Shown here in pieces: positions 1 through 8,897 of a stretch of DNA of 30,579 nucleotides. How positions within the stretch are numbered: position 1 is the first letter of the stretch; each line of letters begins with the position of its first letter. Below the pieces are notes generated by a model, which saw only the letters and a program-made list of their open reading frames with translations, did no database searches and was not told where the DNA came from. The DNA is taken from NCBI GenBank assembly GCA_964388035.1, contig CAYLZE010000061.1, positions 1 to 30,579 on the forward strand. Direction: 5' to 3'. The translations under genes were made by a program, and so were the position numbers. The DNA is from an uncultured archaeon. Lineage in GTDB: Archaea; Asgardarchaeota; Lokiarchaeia; Sigyniarchaeales; SOKP01.

Positions 1-510
1 TCAGGAATTCTCCTCTTTTTCGCTTTTTTTAGAGAAATGGGTCCTTTAAACATGGATTTATGGAATAATATCTTAAGAGCAATCATGATCATAACGATAG
101 GCGTGGTCGTGTCAGTATTAAGTCAATCGCTGCATAAATATCAAGCCACGCTTAAAGAAAGGGTAAGGGAATTAAGATGCTTGTACGGCATAAATAAAGC
201 CATTAACAATCCCAATAATAGCGTGGATGAAATCTTAATTGAAACCATAGAAAAAGTTAGATGTGGATATCAATTTCCCCACATCACGTGTGCCCGGATA
301 ATCTTCGATAATAAAGAATTTAAAACAACTAATTTCAAGAAAACTCCCTGGAATATTTCGGCTAAAACTCACGTAAAAGAAAAGGAACTCCTGTTGGACG
401 TTCATTATTTGGAAGATAAAAAATTTCTTGATGAGGAAAAAACTTTATTACTAGAAATATTAAAACAATTGAAAACCATTTTTGAATTAAAGCTAACATG
501 GATACCTTGA
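1..510 (+). CDS. 5'-truncated membrane sensor-like protein (TM helices, coiled coil, partial GAF-like domain)
   Basis: Frame 1 is open from base 1 (SGILLFFAFFRE...), so the start is probably outside the window. A TM segment is followed by 'LKERVRELRCLYGINK...GYQFPHITCARI', a segment typical of GAF-like modules in sensor proteins. No kinase or output domain precedes the stop. Confidence 0.6.
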   Translation, partial: SGILLFFAFFREMGPLNMDLWNNILRAIMIITIGVVVSVLSQSLHKYQATLKERVRELRCLYGINKAINNPNNSVDEILIETIEKVRCGYQFPHITCARIIFDNKEFKTTNFKKTPWNISAKTHVKEKELLLDVHYLEDKKFLDEEKTLLLEILKQLKTIFELKLTWIP

Positions 511-614
511 AGAAAATTTAGAGAATGTAAATTGATTGAATTCTCATTGGATGTGAGGTTAATTTGAGCTAGGTGAATTATTATGCCTTCACATGTAAAG
601 TGTCAAAATACATT

Positions 615-1669
615 TCACTTTTTCTTGTTATCTTCCAATTTCAAGATTAAATTATCGTCAGTTTTCTCTTTTACAATGGGCTTTGATTTATCAATCGCTT
701 CATTACAAACCCAACAAGCATTTTCTGAATTAGCCAGTGCATGCGCACACTTCTCGCAATATAATGCTTTACAATTAGAACATATATAACTGAATCCCTC
801 TACTTTTCCTTTGCAAACCAAACAAATTGTTTGTTCTCTATAAAAAGTCACCTCTTCCGTGCTAATCTTTGCTGGTTTTGGTTGGGATAAGATCTCCGTT
901 AAATTGGGGGACATCTCTCCAATTTCTAGTTCTTTCTTAGAAGGGATCGATCGTGCTGGTTTTAAATTCTTTTCTCTTAATCCAAGATACCAAAACCAAC
1001 AACTACTTAACATGACGATTCTCACGATAAATAAAGTACTCTCTGGATCGGTTAAACTATCTAAAGCTCCGGCAAGAACGAAGATGAACCATCCAATAGA
1101 TAAATACAAAAATTTTCTTCGCAAGATCCCCGAAGATTGAATGCTCCTATATAAAAACCCCCCACCATTAAAAATTAAAGCCGAAAGCAAGAAAAATACA
1201 ACTAAAAAAAAGGTAGGAGATGATTGATTGAAAGAAACATCAATTATATTTTCCCCAGCAATCGTAGGTGGGTAAAAAATAAAGGAATTATTTATATCTA
1301 AAAATAAAAACAATTCAAAAATAATGGCTAAAAATGAATAACTACCCACAATAATTTTCTTTTTCTTGGGTACAAGAAGTTCCGCTCCTAAATTAAAACC
1401 AAGAAGAACAACTGGTGCTACCCACATATAGCATAAAATTCCATACAGTTGAATCGGTTCCAAATTCTTCCTATGAAGAGAATAGATAGAAAATCTACAA
1501 ATTGCCCTAAATATAATTGACTCATTAAAATTACTAAAAATCCCGTCATAAACAAAAGTTTGGCATTAGATTTTTTAGATTTATAACAAAAATATATCCC
1601 AAAAGCACTACCGCAAAGAACAACACTCGAACCAGTGAGGCTATTAAGCCATCCTATTGCTGAAAGCAT
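615..1669 (-). pseudogene. Frameshifted multi-TM (about 7TM) protein with C-terminal 8-Cys zinc-finger (RING-like) domain
   Basis: ORFs 1418..1669 and 615..1463 join into one protein if one A is added near 1465-1470 (…ATA GGA AGA [A]AT TTG GAA CCG ATT → ILFIGRNLEPIQLYGILCYMW). The C-terminus is CLVC-x10-CSNC-x4-CEKC-x10-CWVC. This could be a sequencing error rather than a true pseudogene. Confidence 0.75.
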
Positions 1670-2032
1670 CTTAATTTACCTTCATTAATACTTTTTGAAA
1701 TAATTCAAAACTTCAGAAAAGATGAACCTTTATTTCGTATTCTATAAAAAACGTGCGACCTTTATATTTAAATTTATCTATCCATTTCAACCTAAGATAA
1801 GATCATTATAAAGCGATAGAGTAGAGTAGCTATAAAGAATTCGGTCTCTCCACCAATTAGAATTCCTTTTTATTCTATCTGAAAGTGCGTGTGTTAGCTC
1901 ATAACACTTTAGATCTGACATGAAAGGGAATTCATATGGATTGTAAAAAATAAGGGTTTATATTGATAAATAATTTTTAGTTTACTATGAAGTAAAATTA
2001 ATAGAAAAATCAATTTAGTGTAAATAAATTTC

Positions 2033-2848
2033 ATGCCAATCAAAGGAATTGATTATGATAAATGTTCCATGTGCTTGCAATGCATTAAGGATTGTCCCGT
2101 GTCGTGTTTTTCCTTAGATGAAAAACAAGGCCGAGTAATTTATGATAAATTACAACCTTGTATCTTATGTGGCCACTGCATTGCCATCTGTCCAAGAGAT
2201 GCAATCTTATATAAAAAATTGAGAGGGGAATCCATAACTTTTGAAAATATTGAAAATCTCGATAAATTAATCCCTTTTGAAACTATAAATCGATTCCTAC
2301 AAGCCAAAAGATCCCTTCGGCAATTTAAAAAAAAGAAGATTCCCAAATCTTTAATGGAGAAAGTTTTAACCGCCATGAGCCATGCGCCTACAGCTACAAA
2401 TACCCGAAGCTTGAAATGTAAGATAATTTCTGATGAAAACAAAATCAAGGAACTCTCCAAAGGAATATTAAATGAATTGGTTAATGACCCGGAGATACCT
2501 GGCTTGTATAAAAAAGTACTAACCCGGCGCTCAGAATTGGGGAAAGATATCATTTTTTATGAGGCTCCGCACGTTCTAATATTGCATTCTAATAACATTT
2601 CAGATGAAGTAAATGCAACTATCGCAATTACTTATGGGATGTTAGTTGCTCAAACATTAGGCATGGGGAGTTGCTGGATTGCATTAGCCAAGGGGGCTTT
2701 GATTAGAAATAAAAAAATGCGCACGGAAATGGCGGGAATTCCTGATAAAATATTGGGAATATTCGTCATGGGGTATCCCTTAGTCAATTATTTCAGAACC
2801 CCTCCCCGACCTGCATTAAAAATTGAAGGATTAGAAGAATTAGAATAA
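2033..2848 (+). CDS. Nitroreductase family protein with N-terminal 2x[4Fe-4S] ferredoxin domain
   Basis: CSMCLQCIKDCP and CILCGHCIAICP; nitroreductase motifs KRSLRQF, APTATN, LGMGSCWI, MGYP. Confidence 0.9.
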   Translation: MPIKGIDYDKCSMCLQCIKDCPVSCFSLDEKQGRVIYDKLQPCILCGHCIAICPRDAILYKKLRGESITFENIENLDKLIPFETINRFLQAKRSLRQFKKKKIPKSLMEKVLTAMSHAPTATNTRSLKCKIISDENKIKELSKGILNELVNDPEIPGLYKKVLTRRSELGKDIIFYEAPHVLILHSNNISDEVNATIAITYGMLVAQTLGMGSCWIALAKGALIRNKKMRTEMAGIPDKILGIFVMGYPLVNYFRTPPRPALKIEGLEELE

Positions 2849-3223
2849 CTTTTTAACTAAAAAATAAAATAGTTTATTATTATTGAGATTTAAAATTCTT
2901 ATACTCCTCTTTTTTATTATGAAATAGCCTATTTAAAGGTACATTATACTTCTTTGTATATGCCGTACAATGTTCGAGATTGACTTATTAATAACGAAAA
3001 TAATTTGGAAGACTTATAAGCAAGCAAGGATGAAATTCAATTGATCCAGTATGTTCATATTTTTCTATAATATTCACAGAACCAGAAATGACATGAGCCA
3101 TTATGTGTTTCTTAATAACTTAAATATTGGAGCTTTAACATCTTAAGAATATCATCAGGGGCTTAAATTTCTTCATTTTATATTTAATCAATTTTAAATT
3201 AAAAATAAGGAGGAAGAAAAAAA

Positions 3224-3607
3224 ATGAATAATTTAAAAATCACAACCCAAAAAGGACACATGATATTTGCGAGAGCTTGAGCAACTAATCATCCCATAAC
3301 GGATGATATTATACTATATTTACCAAATATATTGAAGGATATAAAATGTAATTTAGATAATTTATCTACTGCTATAGATCACCCGGTATTAATCGAACTT
3401 ATTTGTTTTATTTATACAAAAGAAAATCCTAAACAAGAATCTTTTTGTGAGGGAAAGATGGAATGTCCTATTAATAAATTTTTAAGGAAGGTGGGTTTTA
3501 ATCATGAGATCTTATCGGCATGCAATGAAGATTTAAAGGATGCAGCAAGCGATCTCTCTGTTAAGGTTCATGGGGACATGCAAGATATTCCCGCTATTAT
3601 TTCGTGA
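3224..3607 (+). CDS. Hypothetical Cys-containing protein with one in-frame TGA (3278-3280): selenoprotein candidate or nonsense pseudogene
   Basis: AAGGAGG (3207-3213) precedes ATG 3224, which is in frame with track ORF 3332..3607. Reads MNNLKITTQKGHMIFARA*ATNHPITDDIILYLPNILKDIKC... Confidence 0.5.
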
Positions 3608-3742
3608 TTTAAAGTTAAGATCAAGACCATGTTCCATATATTTTAATAATCCATTCGAGAAATTTTTATTAAGTTCGAATTTAATATTACATTAATGAAA
3701 AAGGTAATATTTTCTCCATGATTATATTTAAATAATAAGGAT

Positions 3743-3758
3743 TAATATTCGAATATTA
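3743..3758. promoter_or_regulatory. Perfect 16-bp palindrome TAATATTCGAATATTA directly upstream of the Lrp gene (candidate autoregulatory operator)
   Basis: Self-complementary and ends 3 nt before ATG 3762. A related TTCGAA core lies at 3674. AT-richness lowers its significance. Confidence 0.4.
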
Positions 3759-3761
3759 TAA

Positions 3762-4274
3762 ATGAAATCTATGAATTTTGAAAATAATTCATCGGAATCG
3801 TCAAAAGAGTATCAGATAGATGAAGTGGACAAGAAAATCTTAAATTTACTTCAAGACAATTTTAAAATCACTTTCAAGCAATTGTCAGACAAGGTAGGAT
3901 TGGCACCCTCCTCAATACATAATCGTGTAAGCAACATGATAAAAGCCGGGATAATACAAAAAACAGGAACATTAGTCAATCCCATTAAGGTTGGATTTAA
4001 AACTGTGGCAATCCTGGGATTGACTGTAGATCCTCTCCGCATGACAGAGATAGCCAAAAAACTTGCAAGCTTTCATCAAATCCAGATGGTGGGCACCACA
4101 ACCGGTGATCATGATATCTTAGTAAGAATAATCGCTGAAAACGATAAAGACTTGTGGAGATTCATAAATTTGCATATAAAAACTATTGAAGGTATTAAAC
4201 CCCAGATGGATGTATCCAGTTTCATTGATTTCTATAAAAAGATGGAAAAAGTTTATTTTCCAGTGGAGGAATGA
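3762..4274 (+). CDS. Lrp/AsnC family transcriptional regulator
   Basis: IDEVDKKILNLLQ...LSDKVGLAPSSIHNRVSNM..GII HTH; TTGDHDILV RAM-domain motif. Confidence 0.93.
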   Translation: MKSMNFENNSSESSKEYQIDEVDKKILNLLQDNFKITFKQLSDKVGLAPSSIHNRVSNMIKAGIIQKTGTLVNPIKVGFKTVAILGLTVDPLRMTEIAKKLASFHQIQMVGTTTGDHDILVRIIAENDKDLWRFINLHIKTIEGIKPQMDVSSFIDFYKKMEKVYFPVEE

Positions 4275-4276
4275 TC

Positions 4277-4323
4277 ATGAGGATTAAGAATTTCCCGTTT
4301 CCTTTTAATCTTTCATTATTTTT
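4277..4323 (+). terminator. Hairpin plus T-tract after the Lrp gene
   Basis: ATGAGGATTAAGA pairs with TTTTAATCTTTCAT (about 13 bp with G-U pairs and one bulge), followed by TATTTTT. Confidence 0.4.
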
Positions 4324-4653
4324 AGTCCACGAAAATAATCAAGACTGGTCTGAATGACAAGAACATTAAAATGGGACCAAACCCCTAATTATCCAATTTA
4401 AAATTAAAAGGGAGAGAAAGTATGGGTTAGTTAAGGACTTAAATTTTTGAAAATTTCCCTATTTAAAGAAGCTAAAGATTGTTTTAAATATTCTTTTCGT
4501 TTTATTTAAGCAAAATTCTTTCATGCATTCAAAGAATTCAAGGGGGAAATAATATTCGTTAATAAATAATAAGTCAAAAAAATATAATCTTTCATGGATT
4601 CCTCATTCTAATAATATAGCAAATTATCAAATTCTTAAATATGAACTATAATC

Positions 4654-6501
4654 TTGAATGGATGGTGCTTGACCACTAAAGAAAAGAATACCTTTAACAA
4701 AAGTTTAGTGGAATTTTCCGTTGGAATAGACCCCTTCGAGAACGCTAGAAAAAAGGGAGTTCGACAATGGATTTTTGCCCATATCTTTAACGGAACGAAT
4801 AAAACCTTTATTATCATCGTATTCATTACAACCATCATTGCTGCAAACCTCTCTTCAGCAACCATGGTGTATGTAGGAGTAGCGGTCAACGATTTTTTAA
4901 ATGGCTTAGCGGATATGTTATTCTATGATACGTTAGTAATTTTTTTATTAGGAATTGGCACGCCCATTTTGAGACTGTTCAGTTTGGGGTTGCGGGAAAT
5001 TCTTGCACAGCGTCTTGAAAGAGATACAAGGAAAGAATTTTATGGAAATTTAATCGGAAAGAGTCAATCCTTCCACGATCAGCAGAGAATTGGGGAATTA
5101 ATGGCACGGGCTACGGATGACGTGAGGATGCTTAATTTTTTTATCAGTCCTGCCGTTTCTTTAATCTTTGAGTCATTTACCGCCCTGATCGTTCCCTTAA
5201 TATATATATTGCTTTTTTATCCCCCTCAATTAATACTCGTTCCAATAATATTTACGGTTTCTTTTTTAATTGCGCTACGATCTTACATTCAAAGATTAGG
5301 TCCTATCACGGGAAAATTAAGAAATAGCTTCGGAAGGTTAGATGCTACATTAAATGAAGCCCTCACGGGTATAGAAGTAGTAAAAACCACCACGCAAGAA
5401 GGGAAAGAAATGCAAAAGTATTTAGCTATTGCCAAAGAATATAAGGATGCATACGCCCAGGAAGGTGTCATTCAGGGAAAGTACTTGCCCATTCTTTTTT
5501 TAGCCTTCGCAACAACGGGAGGTTTGATTCATTCCATTTTGCTCTACATGAATGGAATGCTTACTGTTGGTCAAATCATCTCGTTTTTAGGTTTATTAGG
5601 TTTATTAGAGTTTCCGACCTTCATCTCAATTTTTGTGTTTGCATTGGTAAGACTTGCAATTTCAAGTTCCGAAAGGTTGCTTGAATTCATGAATAAAGAA
5701 ACGGAAATCGACGAAAATCTTGGAGGGTATGAAAATAAAATTCAAGGAAATATAGTTTTTGAAGATGTTTTCTTTAAATATCCCGGAACGGATGTCAATG
5801 TCTTAAAGAACGTAAGTTTCGAAGCCAAACCGGGTCAAACTATTGCGATTGTAGGAACCACGGGTTCGGGTAAAACTACACTGACAAAACTCATGTCCCG
5901 TCTCTATGATGTCTCAAAAGGAAGAATATTAATTGATGGGATTGACATTAGAAAGTATGCATTAAAATCCTTACGAGCTCAAATCTCCTATATCGAACAA
6001 GATGTTTTCTTGTTTGCGAATTCAATAACGTATAATATCTCATTTGGAAGAGTAAGTTCTATCGAAGATGTAAAACATGCGGCGGAACAAGCTCAAGCAG
6101 ATCAATTTATCTCCCAACTTCCCGAGGGATTTGATACCGAAGTAGGAGAGCGAGGGGTGCAATTAAGCGGAGGGGAAAGACAGCGCATTGCAATTGCTCG
6201 AGCTTTCATTACAAATCCTCAAATTCTAATTCTCGATGATGCTACTTCTGCAATTGATTCGAAAACGGAAGATGAAATTCAAAAAGCCATTTCAAACATC
6301 TTAAAGAATCGCACGACGATTTTAATCACTCACCGGCTCAGTCAAATTCGATGGGCAGATCTGATTTTGGTGCTAAAAAGCGGAGAGCTGATCGCAAGCG
6401 GGACTCACGAGCAATTACTTAAAACCTCAGAAGAATATCGAAAAATATTTGTGAAAAAGTTTGATGTAGATGTTACAACCCTATTAAAGGAGAGTGCGTG
6501 A
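4654..6501 (+). CDS. ABC exporter, fused TMD-NBD subunit 1 (MdlA/MsbA-like heterodimer); true start possibly TTG 4669
   Basis: About 6 TM helices; Walker A GTTGSGKT, signature LSGGERQR, degenerate Walker B ILILDD, H-loop ITHR. Confidence 0.92.
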   Translation: MNGWCLTTKEKNTFNKSLVEFSVGIDPFENARKKGVRQWIFAHIFNGTNKTFIIIVFITTIIAANLSSATMVYVGVAVNDFLNGLADMLFYDTLVIFLLGIGTPILRLFSLGLREILAQRLERDTRKEFYGNLIGKSQSFHDQQRIGELMARATDDVRMLNFFISPAVSLIFESFTALIVPLIYILLFYPPQLILVPIIFTVSFLIALRSYIQRLGPITGKLRNSFGRLDATLNEALTGIEVVKTTTQEGKEMQKYLAIAKEYKDAYAQEGVIQGKYLPILFLAFATTGGLIHSILLYMNGMLTVGQIISFLGLLGLLEFPTFISIFVFALVRLAISSSERLLEFMNKETEIDENLGGYENKIQGNIVFEDVFFKYPGTDVNVLKNVSFEAKPGQTIAIVGTTGSGKTTLTKLMSRLYDVSKGRILIDGIDIRKYALKSLRAQISYIEQDVFLFANSITYNISFGRVSSIEDVKHAAEQAQADQFISQLPEGFDTEVGERGVQLSGGERQRIAIARAFITNPQILILDDATSAIDSKTEDEIQKAISNILKNRTTILITHRLSQIRWADLILVLKSGELIASGTHEQLLKTSEEYRKIFVKKFDVDVTTLLKESA

Positions 6502-8308
6502 AATGTGGCAGATTGGATTAGAAGCAGAGGAATATGATCGGAAATATCCGGATAGAGCATTATTAAGCCGCGTCATCAAGTATTTTGCACCCTATAAAAG
6601 ATCGATGGGAATCGTGATCATCGTTCTTACTCTTAGTTCCTTAACTTCCGCAATAGTGCCAGTGTTGACTTCTCTCATTATAAATAATATTATTTCTAAT
6701 CGAAATCCCACGTATTTAATCGTGGTAGTTTCCCTTATTTTCATAGCAAACTTTTCAAGTTGGGTATTCAATTATTTCCAATATAAATACACCACTCGAG
6801 TAGTTGGAAACGTGGTTTTAGACATTAGAAAGGATGCAAATGCCGCCGTGTTGAGCCACGATTTATCTTTTTTTGACAAGAATCCTATTGGAAAAATAGT
6901 TAGTCGCATGAATACGGATTCCGGAGACTTTGGACAAACGGTAGAGTTAACCGTGCAATTAATTTCCTCGATGATGGTAGTGGTATTTTTAATTATCATC
7001 CTATTGATTATAAATTCCTTACTGGCCTTAATCTTCATCTTTTCTATTCCCCTTTTCTTTGTATTAGCATTATCTTTTCGCAGATTGGCTCGAAAGCAGA
7101 CCTTATTCGGTCAAAGAGCGTTAGCTTCGGTGAATGCTTATGTGAAGGAAACATTTTCAGGCATCCAAGTAGCAAAAACCTTCCGACAGGAAGAAAAATT
7201 ATATGAACGGTTTGAAGAAATAAATGACCAATCTTATCGTGTTAATTTAAGAAGAGCTCTCGTATTAGTTGCTATTTATCCTACTTTAAATATCATACAA
7301 GGAATAATTCTAGCACTTATCGTATATTTTGGAGGAAATGGAATTTTAATCGGACAGATTAACGCGGGAGAGTTCAATCTTTTTATTCAGAGCCTGACTT
7401 ATCTCGTGTTTCCCCTCTTGACCATTGCATCTTTCTGGTCTCAATTTCAAGCAGGATTAGCAGCTTCAGAAAGAATATTCGCCCTAATTGACGCCCCTTC
7501 CAAAGTAGTGCAGACTAATGATATAAAACCAGAAAAACTTGAAGGAAAGATCGACTTCAAAAACCTTACTTTTCGCTATGAAGAGGGTAAGGATGTATTC
7601 AAGAATTTTTTTCTCTCCATTCATCCGGGTGAATCCCTAGCAATTGTAGGTCATACAGGAGCTGGTAAATCCAGCCTAGCAAATCTACTAGCTCGTTTCT
7701 ATGAATTTCAGGAAGGAGACATTCTTATCGATGATATAAGTATTCGAAAATATAACTTAACAGCTTATCGTAAGCAAATAGGCATAATCCCTCAATCTCC
7801 TTTCTTATGGGCAGATACTTTAGAAAATAATATTAGTTATTGTTGCAAGGCAAGTGAAGAAGAAATAATTAATGCATTGGACATTACGGGGGGCTCTGAA
7901 TGGATCTCGGATCTTCCTAAAGGATTAGAAACTGATGTGGGAGAGAGAGGTAACTTGCTTTCAATGGGACAACGGCAATTAATAGTCTTTGCCCGAGTAC
8001 TTCTCGAAAATCCGTCCATCCTAATCCTGGATGAAGCTACTGCATCTATTGACCCTTTTACCGAAACCCGCATCCAAGATGCACTTCAAGAAACCATTAA
8101 AGGACGCACCTCGATCATCATTGCCCATCGCCTTTGGACCGTGCGCCACGTTGATAGAATCATAGTTTTGGATCACGGCAAGATTATTGAAGAAGGCAAT
8201 CATGACGAGCTCATGGCAAGAGGGGGATTTTATGCAGAATTATATAATACATACTTCCGGCATCAATCCCTGGAATATATCAATGCCGTTAAAAAATATG
8301 CTGAATAG
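6494..8308 (+). CDS. ABC exporter, fused TMD-NBD subunit 2 (MdlB-like)
   Basis: Walker A GHTGAGKS, degenerate signature LSMGQRQ, Walker B ILILDEAT, IAHR. Overlaps subunit 1. Shows the asymmetric consensus/degenerate sites of heterodimeric exporters. Confidence 0.92.
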   Translation: MREMWQIGLEAEEYDRKYPDRALLSRVIKYFAPYKRSMGIVIIVLTLSSLTSAIVPVLTSLIINNIISNRNPTYLIVVVSLIFIANFSSWVFNYFQYKYTTRVVGNVVLDIRKDANAAVLSHDLSFFDKNPIGKIVSRMNTDSGDFGQTVELTVQLISSMMVVVFLIIILLIINSLLALIFIFSIPLFFVLALSFRRLARKQTLFGQRALASVNAYVKETFSGIQVAKTFRQEEKLYERFEEINDQSYRVNLRRALVLVAIYPTLNIIQGIILALIVYFGGNGILIGQINAGEFNLFIQSLTYLVFPLLTIASFWSQFQAGLAASERIFALIDAPSKVVQTNDIKPEKLEGKIDFKNLTFRYEEGKDVFKNFFLSIHPGESLAIVGHTGAGKSSLANLLARFYEFQEGDILIDDISIRKYNLTAYRKQIGIIPQSPFLWADTLENNISYCCKASEEEIINALDITGGSEWISDLPKGLETDVGERGNLLSMGQRQLIVFARVLLENPSILILDEATASIDPFTETRIQDALQETIKGRTSIIIAHRLWTVRHVDRIIVLDHGKIIEEGNHDELMARGGFYAELYNTYFRHQSLEYINAVKKYAE

Positions 8309-8356
8309 AAAAAATAAATTGAGAGAGTTTAGAAATTTAAACACATACTTACCGTC

Positions 8357-8570
8357 ATGAATAGTGCCTCCTTCTATTTAATGGATACTCCTATGAATGA
8401 ACCGGTAATGGAATATCGGATCAAGGAAAATGAAGGATATCTCATTCTGACCCTCAAGTTAGTCGGCGGAAAGACCCGCATCTTCATTGGTGAGAAAGAG
8501 ATATGGAGAGAACTAGCTAAATAATCATAGAAAACCTCGATTCACGATGAATTCGAGGAATTCTACTATC
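8357..8570 (+). pseudogene. Degraded remnant of a Lokiarchaeia-type protein N-terminal domain
   Basis: 55-codon ORF 8357..8524 contains 'YLILTLKLVGGKTRIFIG'. It is followed by an out-of-frame 'IENLDS..DEFEEF' segment. Both resemble the TLKL-x-GKT-IYV / SIDE motifs I recall from Lokiarchaeal hypothetical/LRR-associated proteins. Confidence 0.4.
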
Positions 8571-8897
8571 TGGTACTAATCATTCAGGATATAATCGTGT
8601 TAGAATCCTATTAATGGAAAAAATTAAACGGGTATTCTTTCTTCCATCTCTATTTTTCCGGTTCCATCACATTCTGAGCATTCTCGCTCAGCCGTTTGGA
8701 AAAAAACACCATTCCAAACGTATCCTATTTTTATAATGCCTGTGCCATTGCAATTTTGACATGTTTGCATGGTCATGATTTTTTCACGTTTATTTTTAAT
8801 TATTTTTTTGATAAATTTTTATTAAAAAAAAAATCTTGTTTATTTTGTTCATATCATATTTTTGTTAAATTGATGACTTTTTAAAGCTCTATTTTCA

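Noticed and set aside
3695-3722. ATGA...TGAT pair downstream of the TGA ORF as a SECIS core
   Set aside because: The intervening sequence cannot form the helix II required next to the kink-turn quartet.
8696-8884. 62-aa ORF
   Set aside because: Low-complexity AT-rich sequence overlapping the glnA 3' region.
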